From an uncultured Nitrososphaerota archaeon (lineage in GTDB: Archaea > Thermoproteota > EX4484-205 > JAAOZO01), in assembly GCA_964408285.1 (NCBI GenBank), contig CAYOYV010000004.1, positions 1-64,000 of the forward strand: a DNA stretch of 64,000 bases, given 5' to 3'. How positions within the stretch are numbered: position 1 is the stretch's first letter; the number at the start of each line of letters is the position of its first letter. This document shows, in pieces, positions 48,452-58,012 of this stretch. Position numbers and translations under genes: made by a program. Under the pieces are notes generated by a model, which was given only the letters and a program-made list of their open reading frames with translations, was not told the origin of the DNA and made no database searches.

Positions 48452-49024
48452 ATGAGCGAGAAGGAAAACCAAGCAAAAGAGAAAATGATTGCGGAATTGG
48501 TAAACGACAGGCTGATAGTCTGGAACGTAGAGCACTCCAGAGCCATCTATAGGAGCGGATACTATGGAAAGCCAATCGGAGTTCCAAAGCCGAAGAATTT
48601 CGAGTTCAATGCTCCACTTACCCTAGATCTGATCGAGGGGCTCCATCTGCTCAGGAGTGGAACGATAGGAATCGTTAAGGGAAACAAGAAGGTAGGTCCC
48701 GCAGCCCTCGAGCGGATGGCCAAGAAGTATCACGAAGGATTCGACATAAAGTACAAAGTGTATGAGGATCTAAGAAAAAAAGGCTATGTAGTGACACCTG
48801 GGATAAAATTCGGCTGCACCTACGCGGTATATGAGCATGGGCCGGGAGTTGACCACGCGCCATTTCTTGTAGAGGTGAAGGAGCAGAATGAATCCGTCAC
48901 AGCTCCGGATCTAGTGAGGGCTGGTAGACTTGCGACAACCGTGAAGAAGCGCTTCGTTTTCGCAATCATAGACAAAAGGACCGGGTCTATTGACTATCTC
49001 GTTTCTAAATGGTGGAAGGCATAG
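48452..49024 (+). CDS. endA: tRNA-intron lyase (splicing endonuclease), catalytic subunit
   Basis: GIKFG..AVY, DHAP and RLATTVKK (Tyr/His/Lys triad); GYYGKPIGVPKPK loop. Confidence 0.92.
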   Translation: MSEKENQAKEKMIAELVNDRLIVWNVEHSRAIYRSGYYGKPIGVPKPKNFEFNAPLTLDLIEGLHLLRSGTIGIVKGNKKVGPAALERMAKKYHEGFDIKYKVYEDLRKKGYVVTPGIKFGCTYAVYEHGPGVDHAPFLVEVKEQNESVTAPDLVRAGRLATTVKKRFVFAIIDKRTGSIDYLVSKWWKA

Positions 49025-49095
49025 CAAAAACCAATAACAGATCAGAGGTGATCCCCTTAGATTTTCCACTGTGCTCTTCCGGTTTTTTGGCTTCG

Positions 49096-49752
49096 CTATT
49101 TGAGACGGTATTCTTGGCCTTCTTGCAGTAGTACCACCTTGGTTCTTGAGTTCGCTTCCACTTTCCTTTTGAACACATTGCGGTCTTCATCCCATGTGTG
49201 CATTGGCATCGCAATCTTTGGCTTCATTTTAAGAACGGCTTTTGCGGCTTCAATGTTGTCCATAGTGTATTTATCCCCTGTCGGGACTATGGCCAAGTCT
49301 ATGTTCTGCAGGTGCAGCATCTCTGGGATAAGATCTGTGTCCCCGGCGTGGTAAATCGTTTTGCCTTCGGATTTTATCAAGTATCCTACGCCATATCCTT
49401 TGGGATGCCACGGCTTCCCAGATGGCTTGAAGCGCTTGATGTTGTATGCCTCAACTGCCTGAATAGTCACACCATCAACGGCAATTATTTCGCCGGGTTC
49501 TATTGACTTGCCCCCCATGCCAATCCTTGAGATACAGTTCTTGGGAGCAATCACGACAGTATCTTTTGTACAAAGATTCCGAATTTTCCCTGGGCTACAG
49601 TGATCGCCATGATTGTGGGTAACCAATACGATGTCCGCCTTCTTCGAAACTTCAGCTGTTTTTCCATATTTCTTCAGATCGATATAGATGACCTTGCAAT
49701 TTGTACTGATCTGGAAACTTGCGTGCCCAAGCCACTTCAGGTAGACTGTCAT
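49096..49752 (-). CDS. MBL-fold metallo-hydrolase
   Basis: WLGHASF, THNHGDH, YHAGDTD and PMH. Confidence 0.87.
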   Translation of the reverse strand: MTVYLKWLGHASFQISTNCKVIYIDLKKYGKTAEVSKKADIVLVTHNHGDHCSPGKIRNLCTKDTVVIAPKNCISRIGMGGKSIEPGEIIAVDGVTIQAVEAYNIKRFKPSGKPWHPKGYGVGYLIKSEGKTIYHAGDTDLIPEMLHLQNIDLAIVPTGDKYTMDNIEAAKAVLKMKPKIAMPMHTWDEDRNVFKRKVEANSRTKVVLLQEGQEYRLK

Positions 49753-49848
49753 TCGGAGACCGAACACCACCAATCGTGACGTACGAATATAAGGCTTAGA
49801 AAGCATGTTTCTTCTTGTTTGTTTTATGGGGGCGCGCTTCTCGACTTG

Positions 49849-51396
49849 TCACTGGGAAGTGGATTCTATGTCCTGCCCCTTTATCAGGTTCCGAATTACG
49901 GAGGGAAGTTTGGTAACGGCGACTCTAAGCTGCTTTGTTGTATTCCGGTCACGGACGGTAACGGTGTCATCTTTTAGCGATTGGTAATCGACCGTTATGG
50001 CCCATGGAGTGCCTATTTCATCGCTTCGTGCATATCTCTTTCCGATGCTACCGGTTTCATCATAGAACACATCGAACTCCTTCTTCAGAGAGTTGTATAT
50101 CTCGCCAGCTCTTCGTGCGAGATCGTCCTTTCCCATCAATGGAAATATGCCTGCGACGTAGGGGGAAATCTTGGGTGGAAGTGCAAACCATTCCCAATCC
50201 CTTTCATCCGCTGATTTGTAGCTATACAAGAGTACTGCATATACAGTTCTGTCAATGCCAAATGAAGGTTCGACAACATGAGGCACCACTTTTTGATCTC
50301 CGTCCATCATCGAGAGGTCGTCCCCAGAGTGCTTCGTATGTGTAGATAGATCGTAATCGGTCCGATATGCATTGCCGACGACCTCCTTCCATCCATAATC
50401 GAACTTGATCTCCATATCGAAATTCCCCTTGGAGTAGTGAGGTGTCTCCTGGGGAAGCATATGGCGGAATCTTATTGCTGGCTCGGGAATGCCAAGTTCC
50501 GTGTACCACAGGAGTTCCATTGCGAGGATATACGCCATGAACCGATTCGGCACTATCTGCTTCTCCGCCGCGTCCCGTGCGGTTGTTTCGAGTGGCTCGA
50601 GCCCTGATTTCTGCTGCTCCCTTGTAAAGATCCTTATTCTCACGTTTTCTATCTCGTCGAAACCAGGCACCTCATTTGCCTTCTCTGGATTGAAGAACAC
50701 TTCTATCTCCATTTGGTTGAACTCCCTTAGTCGCGTAATCCAATGCCTCGCTGATATCTCGTTTCTATAAGATCTCCCTATCTGAGCCACTCCGAAGGGC
50801 AATTTCGCCCTTGTGGCTGCAACGATATTCTTGAAATTGACGAATATGCCTTGGGCGGTTTCGGGTCTCAAGTATGCAACGCTTCCAGTAGCCGGGCCAA
50901 CGTTCGTGTTAAGCATCAGATTGAATATTCTCGTCTCGGTCAGTTGCCCCTTGCATCTCGGGCATTTCAAACCTGAGTCGCGAATAATGGCAGTCAATCC
51001 CTCTGCATCAATGCCTTCTACGAATCGTCCTGTTTGTTCCAGAATGAGCTCGTCAGACCTGTAGAATGTTTTGCAATTGGTGCATTGGGTCAATGGATCT
51101 ATGAAATCCTTGAGATGGCCTGAAGCTTCCCAGACCTTCTCGTGCATAACAATCGATGACTCTATCTCGAAGACATTCGCCCTTCCCTTTAGGAAGAAGT
51201 GCCTCCACGACTCCTCTATCTTCAGTTTCAGCAATTTCCCAATCGGCCCATAGTCATAGAAACCAGAAAGGCCCCCGTATATCTCAGAAGAAGGGAACAC
51301 GAAGCCCCTTCTTTTCGCAATCGGGACTATTTTCTCGATGTCTAGAGTATTGGATTCGTCTCGCAAGTCTTTGCTCCCTCGTCTATTCCCTAGCAC
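49849..51396 (-). CDS. glyS: Glycyl-tRNA synthetase (alpha2 type); start approximate
   Basis: RRGF..SEIYGG, ASGH, YLRPETAQG, RNEIS, REFNQME and EPSFGIDR. Confidence 0.95.
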   Translation of the reverse strand: MLGNRRGSKDLRDESNTLDIEKIVPIAKRRGFVFPSSEIYGGLSGFYDYGPIGKLLKLKIEESWRHFFLKGRANVFEIESSIVMHEKVWEASGHLKDFIDPLTQCTNCKTFYRSDELILEQTGRFVEGIDAEGLTAIIRDSGLKCPRCKGQLTETRIFNLMLNTNVGPATGSVAYLRPETAQGIFVNFKNIVAATRAKLPFGVAQIGRSYRNEISARHWITRLREFNQMEIEVFFNPEKANEVPGFDEIENVRIRIFTREQQKSGLEPLETTARDAAEKQIVPNRFMAYILAMELLWYTELGIPEPAIRFRHMLPQETPHYSKGNFDMEIKFDYGWKEVVGNAYRTDYDLSTHTKHSGDDLSMMDGDQKVVPHVVEPSFGIDRTVYAVLLYSYKSADERDWEWFALPPKISPYVAGIFPLMGKDDLARRAGEIYNSLKKEFDVFYDETGSIGKRYARSDEIGTPWAITVDYQSLKDDTVTVRDRNTTKQLRVAVTKLPSVIRNLIKGQDIESTSQ

Positions 51397-51552
51397 TCAG
51401 ATTAATCTTTGTCTGACGGATGGGGCCATGAGGATTTTCTGGCGGTTAGGAACTTTTCGCAGGGCCGAGCGCTTACCCCAAGCAATCAAGGGAAGAAAAG
51501 CATCCTTCAAACGCTTTTATGTGGATCGCTGTTAGTCCAAAGTGTAGAGATA

Positions 51553-52524
51553 ATGTCGGACATAAGAAAGATAGCTGTCGTGACCTCCGGCGGCGATGCC
51601 TCCGGAATGAATGCTTCGGTGAGATCCGTCGTCAGAATGGCCACCCGTGACGGGCTCGAGATAGTCGGAATCAATAGGGGATATACTGGCTTGGTCTACA
51701 ACGATGTTGTGCCATTGGACAGAACATCGGTAAGCGGTATCATCAACCTTGGAGGAACCATACTGAGATCTAGCAGGTGTCAAGAGATCAGGACAGAAGA
51801 AGGAGTGGAGCGGGCTAAGGATACTCTGGAGTACAATTCAATAGACGGACTAATAGTGATAGGGGGAGACGGTTCTTTCAGAGGAGCGCACGAGATAAGA
51901 CGCAAATCCGGGGTCCCGATGATAGGAATTCCTGCAAGCATAGACAACGACATCTACGGGGTTGATGAGACAATAGGCTTCGACTCGGCTGTCAATGTCG
52001 CCACAAGGGCCATAGACAGCCTGAGAGACACGGCATATTCTCACGAGAGAATGTTCATCGTTGAGGTGATGGGAAGGGAAAGGGGCTTCATAGCTCTTTC
52101 AGTGGGCATAAGCTGTGGAGCGGAATACGTCCTCGTACCAGAGATAAAGGAAGATCTGCAAAAGATATCCAATGAACTCAAGGACTCCGAGAAACGAGGG
52201 AAAAGATCCAACATAATAGTTATCGCAGAGGGATATGGAAACACTGCCGAGATAGCTCGGTATCTTCAGAGCAACACTGGGCTCGAAACTAGGGTCTCGA
52301 CAATAGGATATCTGCAGAGGGGCGGCTCTCCCTCAGCAAGAAGCAGAATGCTTGCGACCTCGTATGGGTCGAGGGCAATTCAAGAGCTTTTGAACGGTGA
52401 AACGGAAACTGTCGTGGGCCTTCAGGCAGGGGAGATAAAGACTGAACCGCTCTCCTTCGTGGCCCTCAGAAGAAAGGAATTGGATATGAAGTTGTATGAG
52501 CTTGCAAAGGAGCTTTCGTACTAG
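51553..52524 (+). CDS. pfkA: ATP-dependent 6-phosphofructokinase, bacterial PfkA type
   Basis: TSGGDASGMN, GGTILRSSR, IGGDGS, SIDND, IGFDSA, VEVMGR and GYLQRGG. Confidence 0.93.
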   Translation: MSDIRKIAVVTSGGDASGMNASVRSVVRMATRDGLEIVGINRGYTGLVYNDVVPLDRTSVSGIINLGGTILRSSRCQEIRTEEGVERAKDTLEYNSIDGLIVIGGDGSFRGAHEIRRKSGVPMIGIPASIDNDIYGVDETIGFDSAVNVATRAIDSLRDTAYSHERMFIVEVMGRERGFIALSVGISCGAEYVLVPEIKEDLQKISNELKDSEKRGKRSNIIVIAEGYGNTAEIARYLQSNTGLETRVSTIGYLQRGGSPSARSRMLATSYGSRAIQELLNGETETVVGLQAGEIKTEPLSFVALRRKELDMKLYELAKELSY

Positions 52525-52668
52525 GATTCCTCCCTACTCACGATTGAATCCGCAGACGCGAAGTTTGGCTCTCCGTCTCGCGTCTTGGTCAGGCAAAGAT
52601 AGAAGCGCTGACCAACAGGCCATGATCCATTGAATGAGCCTGCAATCAAGCCGGAGGTAGACTATGCC

Positions 52669-53031
52669 CTAGAGCATTTTCCTCGGACGCGAAAGCAGGG
52701 TCAAAGCCATTAGGACAATCGAAAGAACCGTTCCCAGCACAACGGATATCATGTCCGCCCAGCCGGAACTCGAAGCCCGCAGTATTATCAGATGGTAGTT
52801 AACGGAGGAGAAATAGACGAACAGAGTTGACCCAATTAACATGTTCAGACCTCTGGAAACACCATATCCCTTTACATAGCCCAGCGCTACCAGTGGGAGA
52901 GTTATGGCGATTATGAATATCAAAACATCAGCTATTCCTCTCCATATCGTTATGCCCGCTAGGATCACGGCCAAAATCAAGTCAACGACAGTTACCGCCC
53001 AGACGTACAGGTCGCTGATCCTACGACTCAT
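52669..53031 (-). CDS. Small four-TM membrane protein
   Basis: 120 aa with four hydrophobic helices; TATA-like CTTAAATA about 30 nt upstream on the minus strand. Confidence 0.65.
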   Translation of the reverse strand: MSRRISDLYVWAVTVVDLILAVILAGITIWRGIADVLIFIIAITLPLVALGYVKGYGVSRGLNMLIGSTLFVYFSSVNYHLIILRASSSGWADMISVVLGTVLSIVLMALTLLSRPRKML

Positions 53032-53296
53032 GGACTTCGTTTCGATATGATTTACGTATTGTATTTAAGTCTCTCTATGACGAGTTCAATATGATGAAAT
53101 TTGCTTGCGAGAGTTTATGCTAATGAATCAATGGCGCGAACTCGGTCGGGCCAACTCGTTCAGCAATCGGACTATCCAATCCATAAATAGACTGAATTCT
53201 GAGTGATGCATTCCTGCATGGGCTCCGATGGGATTAACTCAATGGATTTAAGCCAGTCCGTCAGGATAGAAAGTACATGGAGGAGCTGACGAAGGG

Positions 53297-54172
53297 ATGA
53301 ACAAGCAAGGGTACCCGAATTTCCTAAATCTATATCCCTCAATGGCATTCGGCGGAGCACAGTCTGATCTAGAGGCTTCGGAATTCGTCTTGATAGGTGC
53401 TCCTCTCGATTCGACCGGGACCTTCAGGACCGGATACAGGGAAGGGCCAAACGCAATAAGGACCGTTTCCGCTCAAATCGAGCAGTACAGCTACCGCTTC
53501 TCAGTTGATGCTTCGAAGGCAAACGTACATGACCTTGGAGATCTCTCACTGGGTCCTGAGCCTGCAGAAAACGTGAATGTGGTGGAACAGGCAGTTAGCC
53601 GGATAAGGTCGATGTCCAAGATACCCATAATTCTGGGGGGAGAACACACAATCGCATTCGGAGGGTTTCTTGGGAGCGAAGCGGATCGTCTGATTGTGTT
53701 TGACGCTCACATGGATCTCAGGGATGAGTACCTCGGCTCCAAGTTCTCGCATGCTACCTGGCTAAGAAGACTCTTGGATAGAGTGGATCTAGGCAGAGTC
53801 CTCCAGGTCGGAACGAGGTCGACATCCGAAGATGAGCTCGCCTCAAATCCACCTCGCATCGAGATGGTGGCGTCGGACGCACTTATGGCAAGGAGATTCG
53901 AAAGTGTCAAGAAATGGATCAGGCCGGGGTTGAAGTATTATCTTTCAATCGATCTAGATGTGTTTGATCCGCCATACGCACCCGGTGTGGGAAATCCTGA
54001 GCCCGAAGGTATTTCGCCTACTGTTTTCTTCGATCTGCTGAAAGAACTATCCCCTCTTGACATGGTCGGGTTCGACGTCTGTGAGCTTATACCGAGATAT
54101 GATCCAAGTGGGATAACGACGATACTTGCCTCAAAGATAGCCTTGGAGCTTCTTTGCGCCAAAATCGCCTAG
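53297..54172 (+). CDS. speB: Agmatinase (ureohydrolase family)
   Basis: GGEHT, FDAHMDLRD, SHAT, SIDLDVFDP and APGVGNPEP. Confidence 0.9.
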   Translation: MNKQGYPNFLNLYPSMAFGGAQSDLEASEFVLIGAPLDSTGTFRTGYREGPNAIRTVSAQIEQYSYRFSVDASKANVHDLGDLSLGPEPAENVNVVEQAVSRIRSMSKIPIILGGEHTIAFGGFLGSEADRLIVFDAHMDLRDEYLGSKFSHATWLRRLLDRVDLGRVLQVGTRSTSEDELASNPPRIEMVASDALMARRFESVKKWIRPGLKYYLSIDLDVFDPPYAPGVGNPEPEGISPTVFFDLLKELSPLDMVGFDVCELIPRYDPSGITTILASKIALELLCAKIA

Positions 54173-55117
54173 AAATTGCTTGAATTCAAGGGATCTATTC
54201 ATGGTATTAGACATCAAGGCCGCTTCAGCAATGGCAAGATTTGCGACCGCATCCTTCTCGTCCGGACTTGGTTTCCTTCCTGCTAATATGCAATCGACGA
54301 AGTGTTTCAACTCGAAGAGCAATGGCTCCTTCCACTCCGCAAATCTTGTGAAGGAACCCTCTCCGTTCTTCAGGGTCACTTCCTGAGTGACCAAGTCTGC
54401 CTCGATATATCCTAGGAATCCTGTGAGAGTCAGTTTCCTGCTCTTGCTGGGGGTGATCCAATTCGCTTCAAGTATTGCCCAGCAATCTTGTCCGAAGTTC
54501 ATTATTACCGTGGCATGATCCTCGTTCGTGCTTCTGGTTAATGACCCGGCTCTCGCATAAACGGAAATCGGTTGTCCCTTCAGAATGAACCTAGCTATGT
54601 CAATATCATGAATGGCCGCATCCTTGACTACTCCTAGGTCTACTGGTCTATCCGGCCATCTTCTGATCCTAAGTGCTGTCATTATTATTGGTCTTCCAAT
54701 TTTGTTCTGTTCAAGATATTCCTTCGCTGTCAGAACTCCTTGGTTGAACCGTTCTATGAACCCGGCCATGAATTTAACGTCATGTTGTTTTCCGAAATCG
54801 GAAAGCTCGACAGCTTCGCTTACCTTAGCCACGAACGGTTTCTCGAGGAACAGGTAATGGACGCCCTTGTTAATCAGAGACTTCGCGATTTCTTGGTGTG
54901 TCGTGGTTGGCGTTGCTATGACTGCGCCATCTATGGATCTGAAGTCGAATGAGTCGACATTCGAACTCCAAGGAATGTTATACAACTGGCCATATTTTCT
55001 TGCCGTTTCCTCATTCCTGTCTATGGCCCCGCCAAGTGCACCCAATTCGTTGAGGACTCTCACATGGTTCTTGCCAAATGACCCAGTTCCAACGACAGCT
55101 ATCTTTGTCAAGTGCAC
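54131..55117 (-). CDS. Gfo/Idh/MocA oxidoreductase (nucleotide-sugar dehydrogenase-like)
   Basis: VVGTGSFGKNH, LEKP, GFIERFN and DAAIHDID. Confidence 0.88.
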   Translation of the reverse strand: MHLTKIAVVGTGSFGKNHVRVLNELGALGGAIDRNEETARKYGQLYNIPWSSNVDSFDFRSIDGAVIATPTTTHQEIAKSLINKGVHYLFLEKPFVAKVSEAVELSDFGKQHDVKFMAGFIERFNQGVLTAKEYLEQNKIGRPIIMTALRIRRWPDRPVDLGVVKDAAIHDIDIARFILKGQPISVYARAGSLTRSTNEDHATVIMNFGQDCWAILEANWITPSKSRKLTLTGFLGYIEADLVTQEVTLKNGEGSFTRFAEWKEPLLFELKHFVDCILAGRKPSPDEKDAVANLAIAEAALMSNTMNRSLEFKQFLGDFGAKKLQGYL

Positions 55118-55121
55118 TTCA

Positions 55122-57617
55122 TCACATGAAATCTAGGAGTTTTGAACTTTTGCCCTTGCCAGAAATATCCACTCCAAGCGGCTCTAGGATCTGCTCAAAT
55201 GTCGTTGTCATTATTTCCATGTATTTGTCGACATCTATCTCATCTGGTTTCGCCATATTTGTTGGCTTCACTCCCAATCTTCCCTTGACCTTTACGTAGG
55301 ACACCATGTCTCCAGCCTTTGGGATTTCCCCATTCTTTTGCTGCATCATAGCCGCCTTAATGTGTTGGGGGGTGGTCTTCCTGTAGTCCTCTATGTCCTT
55401 GCTCATCATTATGTTGAACGACAAATCCTCAACTGGGATCTGCTTCTTCTTTAGCCTCTCAACTGTGTCCTTCAAGATGGCCTCCACATTTCTTCTTGCC
55501 TGTTCGAATTCATTGTCATTCTTAACCTTGCTCAAGATCGATAATACCTCAAAGAAGGTCTTCTTCACGAATTCCGGAGTGGAACTCTTCTTTCCTATTA
55601 GGCCCTTGACGTCTGGAATCATGTCCTCAGTAACGCCAAAGTAATTCTTCTTTCTTGAACTGAACACAGCATACCTGTATTTCTTGTCGAAATTGAGCTG
55701 GATTCCGTATTTATTATAGGCAAAGTCAGAGAGGATCCTGATATCGTCCTGCGTGGGCTCCTTCAGAAAGATGGAATCTGTATCCCCATAGATGATGTTT
55801 ATTCCCCTCTCCTTCGCGAGTTGTATGACGCTCGTCAGCAACATCCTACCAACAGCGGTGACACTTTCGGCAACCGGAGGAGTATAGAATTGAAAGCTCT
55901 CGGCGCCCATGACTCCATAACTAGCATTCAGGAAGACCTTCAGAGCTCTTTGTACTGCCTCGTATCTTTTTCTGGTTATTGGGCTGAGTTCCTTGTCCTT
56001 TGACATGGGGACGTATATATTCACTCTGAGGTCTCTCAACGTTCCTATCGTGGAGCTTGTCAAGCCCACAACCTTCTTGCATACCCAATGCGGCAGATCC
56101 GCGACCTTGTTGTCCCTGCACTCAGGGTGCGGACACATGACCGTTTCATAGGAAAGATTGTACCTCGCTATCACACTAGGATACAACGAAGCGAAGTCCA
56201 TGACGACTACGTTGAAATGGGCTCCTGCCTCAGGCTTGAGGACTATGGCACCCAAGTACTTTTTCCCCTTGATGACAGCCCTTGTTACCGTTTCGCCCTT
56301 TATCTTAATTATGTCCTCGTTATTTGGAACGAGGATCCCCCTCTCTCTGTGCAGCGCTATGAACAAGCTCCTTATCCAAGATGAAACCGCATGTCTGACG
56401 ATTTCCTCCATTGGTGACCTGCTGATTCTCATTAGCATCACGATCAGCTTCACGACAATGGAATCATCATAGGTAGTCAGGCCAATTGTTATGTCGGCGT
56501 CGTTACTGCAATATTTCCACAAGTCGATATATGTTATCTTACTGAAGTCCTGTTCGACCTTTATCTTTCCCCTGCCGAGAAGCGACTTAGATATAGCGTC
56601 AAGGGTCGCCTCCTTGTAAACGTTGTTGAACGCATATATCTGGATTGAGCGGTTCAAGAAGAACCTGTAGAGATCAATGTGAACTCCCCCCTTTATATCG
56701 GCGAAATCTCTTCCAAGTTTTATTGGGATCTTCTCTTCCGGAATGCCCAAGGTCTTAGCCCTATTCCTCAAATAAGGGAGGTCGAAGTTGTCGCCGTTAT
56801 AGGTCACTATGACTGGGTATTTCGCTAATATGGAGAAAGCTTCAAGTAGCATATCGTTTTCGTTCTCAAAAATCCTAAGGTTAGTCGCTTTCTTCAGCTC
56901 GTCGGATGGCTCACCGAGGTCTCGCCTGACCAGAAGTAGCGTGATGATCTCTCCGGAATTATCTGCAAACGATATTGCTCCTATTCTCTCCTTTGCACTC
57001 TCAACATCGGGAAGCCTGTTGACTCCCTCTGCTATGACCTCAATATCAATGGCCGCTCTACGTCCATTTGGAATTGGCTGTTCGAGAAACGTCATCCATT
57101 CCCTCAATTCCCCAACATTGGGCACTTGCGCCTTAGCGAGATATTCCTCTACTTTCTGAGTCGTGGATTCGTCTAGTTGCATGAACAGAGGAGACAGTTC
57201 TCCATCCTCAGAGACATAGAATTGGCCTGGCCTCAGCCTCGAATCATAGATGTAGTTTAGGACATAAGGAATGTCAGCCTCCCACACCTTCCTAAGTACA
57301 CTTCTAACTGTGCCACTTGGTTTTCCACTGATGCTTAGCGGGTCAGACACGATGATCTTAGTCATAGGCTTTTCCTTCTGGAGTAAGGCGTCGAATTTCG
57401 TCTCGGCGTCGAATTTCTCAAAGCCGGGAAGAGCGACGAGGTCCTGGTTCTTTTCAAGTTCGTCAGGGAGTTCATCAGAGTAGCAGTACGGCTTGTGGTT
57501 GTAAGGGTCTTCCATCAGAGTGACTGATTTTCCTTCTTCGTTCAGGAACTTGAGAATGGCCTTCTTTGATTGTCCGTCGTATCCTAACGAGATGAGGAAT
57601 CCCTTTTGAATTGACAT
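55122..57617 (-). CDS. polB1: Family B DNA polymerase, crenarchaeal PolB1 type
   Basis: DIEV (ExoI), YNGDNFD, DFASLYPS, KVFLNASYG, YGDTDS and KKNY; HKPYCY and WEADI are typical of B1. Confidence 0.93.
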   Translation of the reverse strand: MSIQKGFLISLGYDGQSKKAILKFLNEEGKSVTLMEDPYNHKPYCYSDELPDELEKNQDLVALPGFEKFDAETKFDALLQKEKPMTKIIVSDPLSISGKPSGTVRSVLRKVWEADIPYVLNYIYDSRLRPGQFYVSEDGELSPLFMQLDESTTQKVEEYLAKAQVPNVGELREWMTFLEQPIPNGRRAAIDIEVIAEGVNRLPDVESAKERIGAISFADNSGEIITLLLVRRDLGEPSDELKKATNLRIFENENDMLLEAFSILAKYPVIVTYNGDNFDLPYLRNRAKTLGIPEEKIPIKLGRDFADIKGGVHIDLYRFFLNRSIQIYAFNNVYKEATLDAISKSLLGRGKIKVEQDFSKITYIDLWKYCSNDADITIGLTTYDDSIVVKLIVMLMRISRSPMEEIVRHAVSSWIRSLFIALHRERGILVPNNEDIIKIKGETVTRAVIKGKKYLGAIVLKPEAGAHFNVVVMDFASLYPSVIARYNLSYETVMCPHPECRDNKVADLPHWVCKKVVGLTSSTIGTLRDLRVNIYVPMSKDKELSPITRKRYEAVQRALKVFLNASYGVMGAESFQFYTPPVAESVTAVGRMLLTSVIQLAKERGINIIYGDTDSIFLKEPTQDDIRILSDFAYNKYGIQLNFDKKYRYAVFSSRKKNYFGVTEDMIPDVKGLIGKKSSTPEFVKKTFFEVLSILSKVKNDNEFEQARRNVEAILKDTVERLKKKQIPVEDLSFNIMMSKDIEDYRKTTPQHIKAAMMQQKNGEIPKAGDMVSYVKVKGRLGVKPTNMAKPDEIDVDKYMEIMTTTFEQILEPLGVDISGKGKSSKLLDFM

Positions 57618-57697
57618 ATAATAGGTTGATGTGTGTCTGCCACCAGAAAGTTTTAAGCTTATTTGCCATCAACAGTTGCTTACCTGGATTGCAGAAG

Positions 57698-58012
57698 GTG
57701 CGAGAGAGATACCTCTTGTTGGCGATTCGCCATAGCGGCACATTGTCAAGAGATTATTTGAGGGCCAAATTGAAGAGTGTGTACCTCGGTTTATTGAAAA
57801 AACCAAGCAAGTTCAATAATCTCTTCTTGGAACTACAGAATGACCACGTGATTTATTCAGTTCCGCACCTCCTGGTTCAGGATTTTAAGAAAGCCGCCAA
57901 AGAGGAACTCCGGAAGGATAAGATAGAATGTGAAGTTGTTCTCGTTTCTGGGACTATTAGAGCACTCAGAGATAAGGCAGGACAGAAAGGATTTTTGACT
58001 CCCAGGAGTTGA
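57698..58012 (+). CDS. Probable divergent RNase P protein Pop5/Rpp14 (Rnp2)
   Basis: N-terminal RERYLL and C-terminal VSGTIRALR motifs; about 104 aa from GTG 57698. Confidence 0.55.
   Translation: MRERYLLLAIRHSGTLSRDYLRAKLKSVYLGLLKKPSKFNNLFLELQNDHVIYSVPHLLVQDFKKAAKEELRKDKIECEVVLVSGTIRALRDKAGQKGFLTPRS

Noticed and set aside
53077-53210. C/D-box sRNA candidate (ATGATGA at 53091 inside a CGAGTTC/GAACTCG stem)
   Set aside because: No D or D' box (CTGA) at a suitable spacing; the first CTGA is more than 100 nt away.
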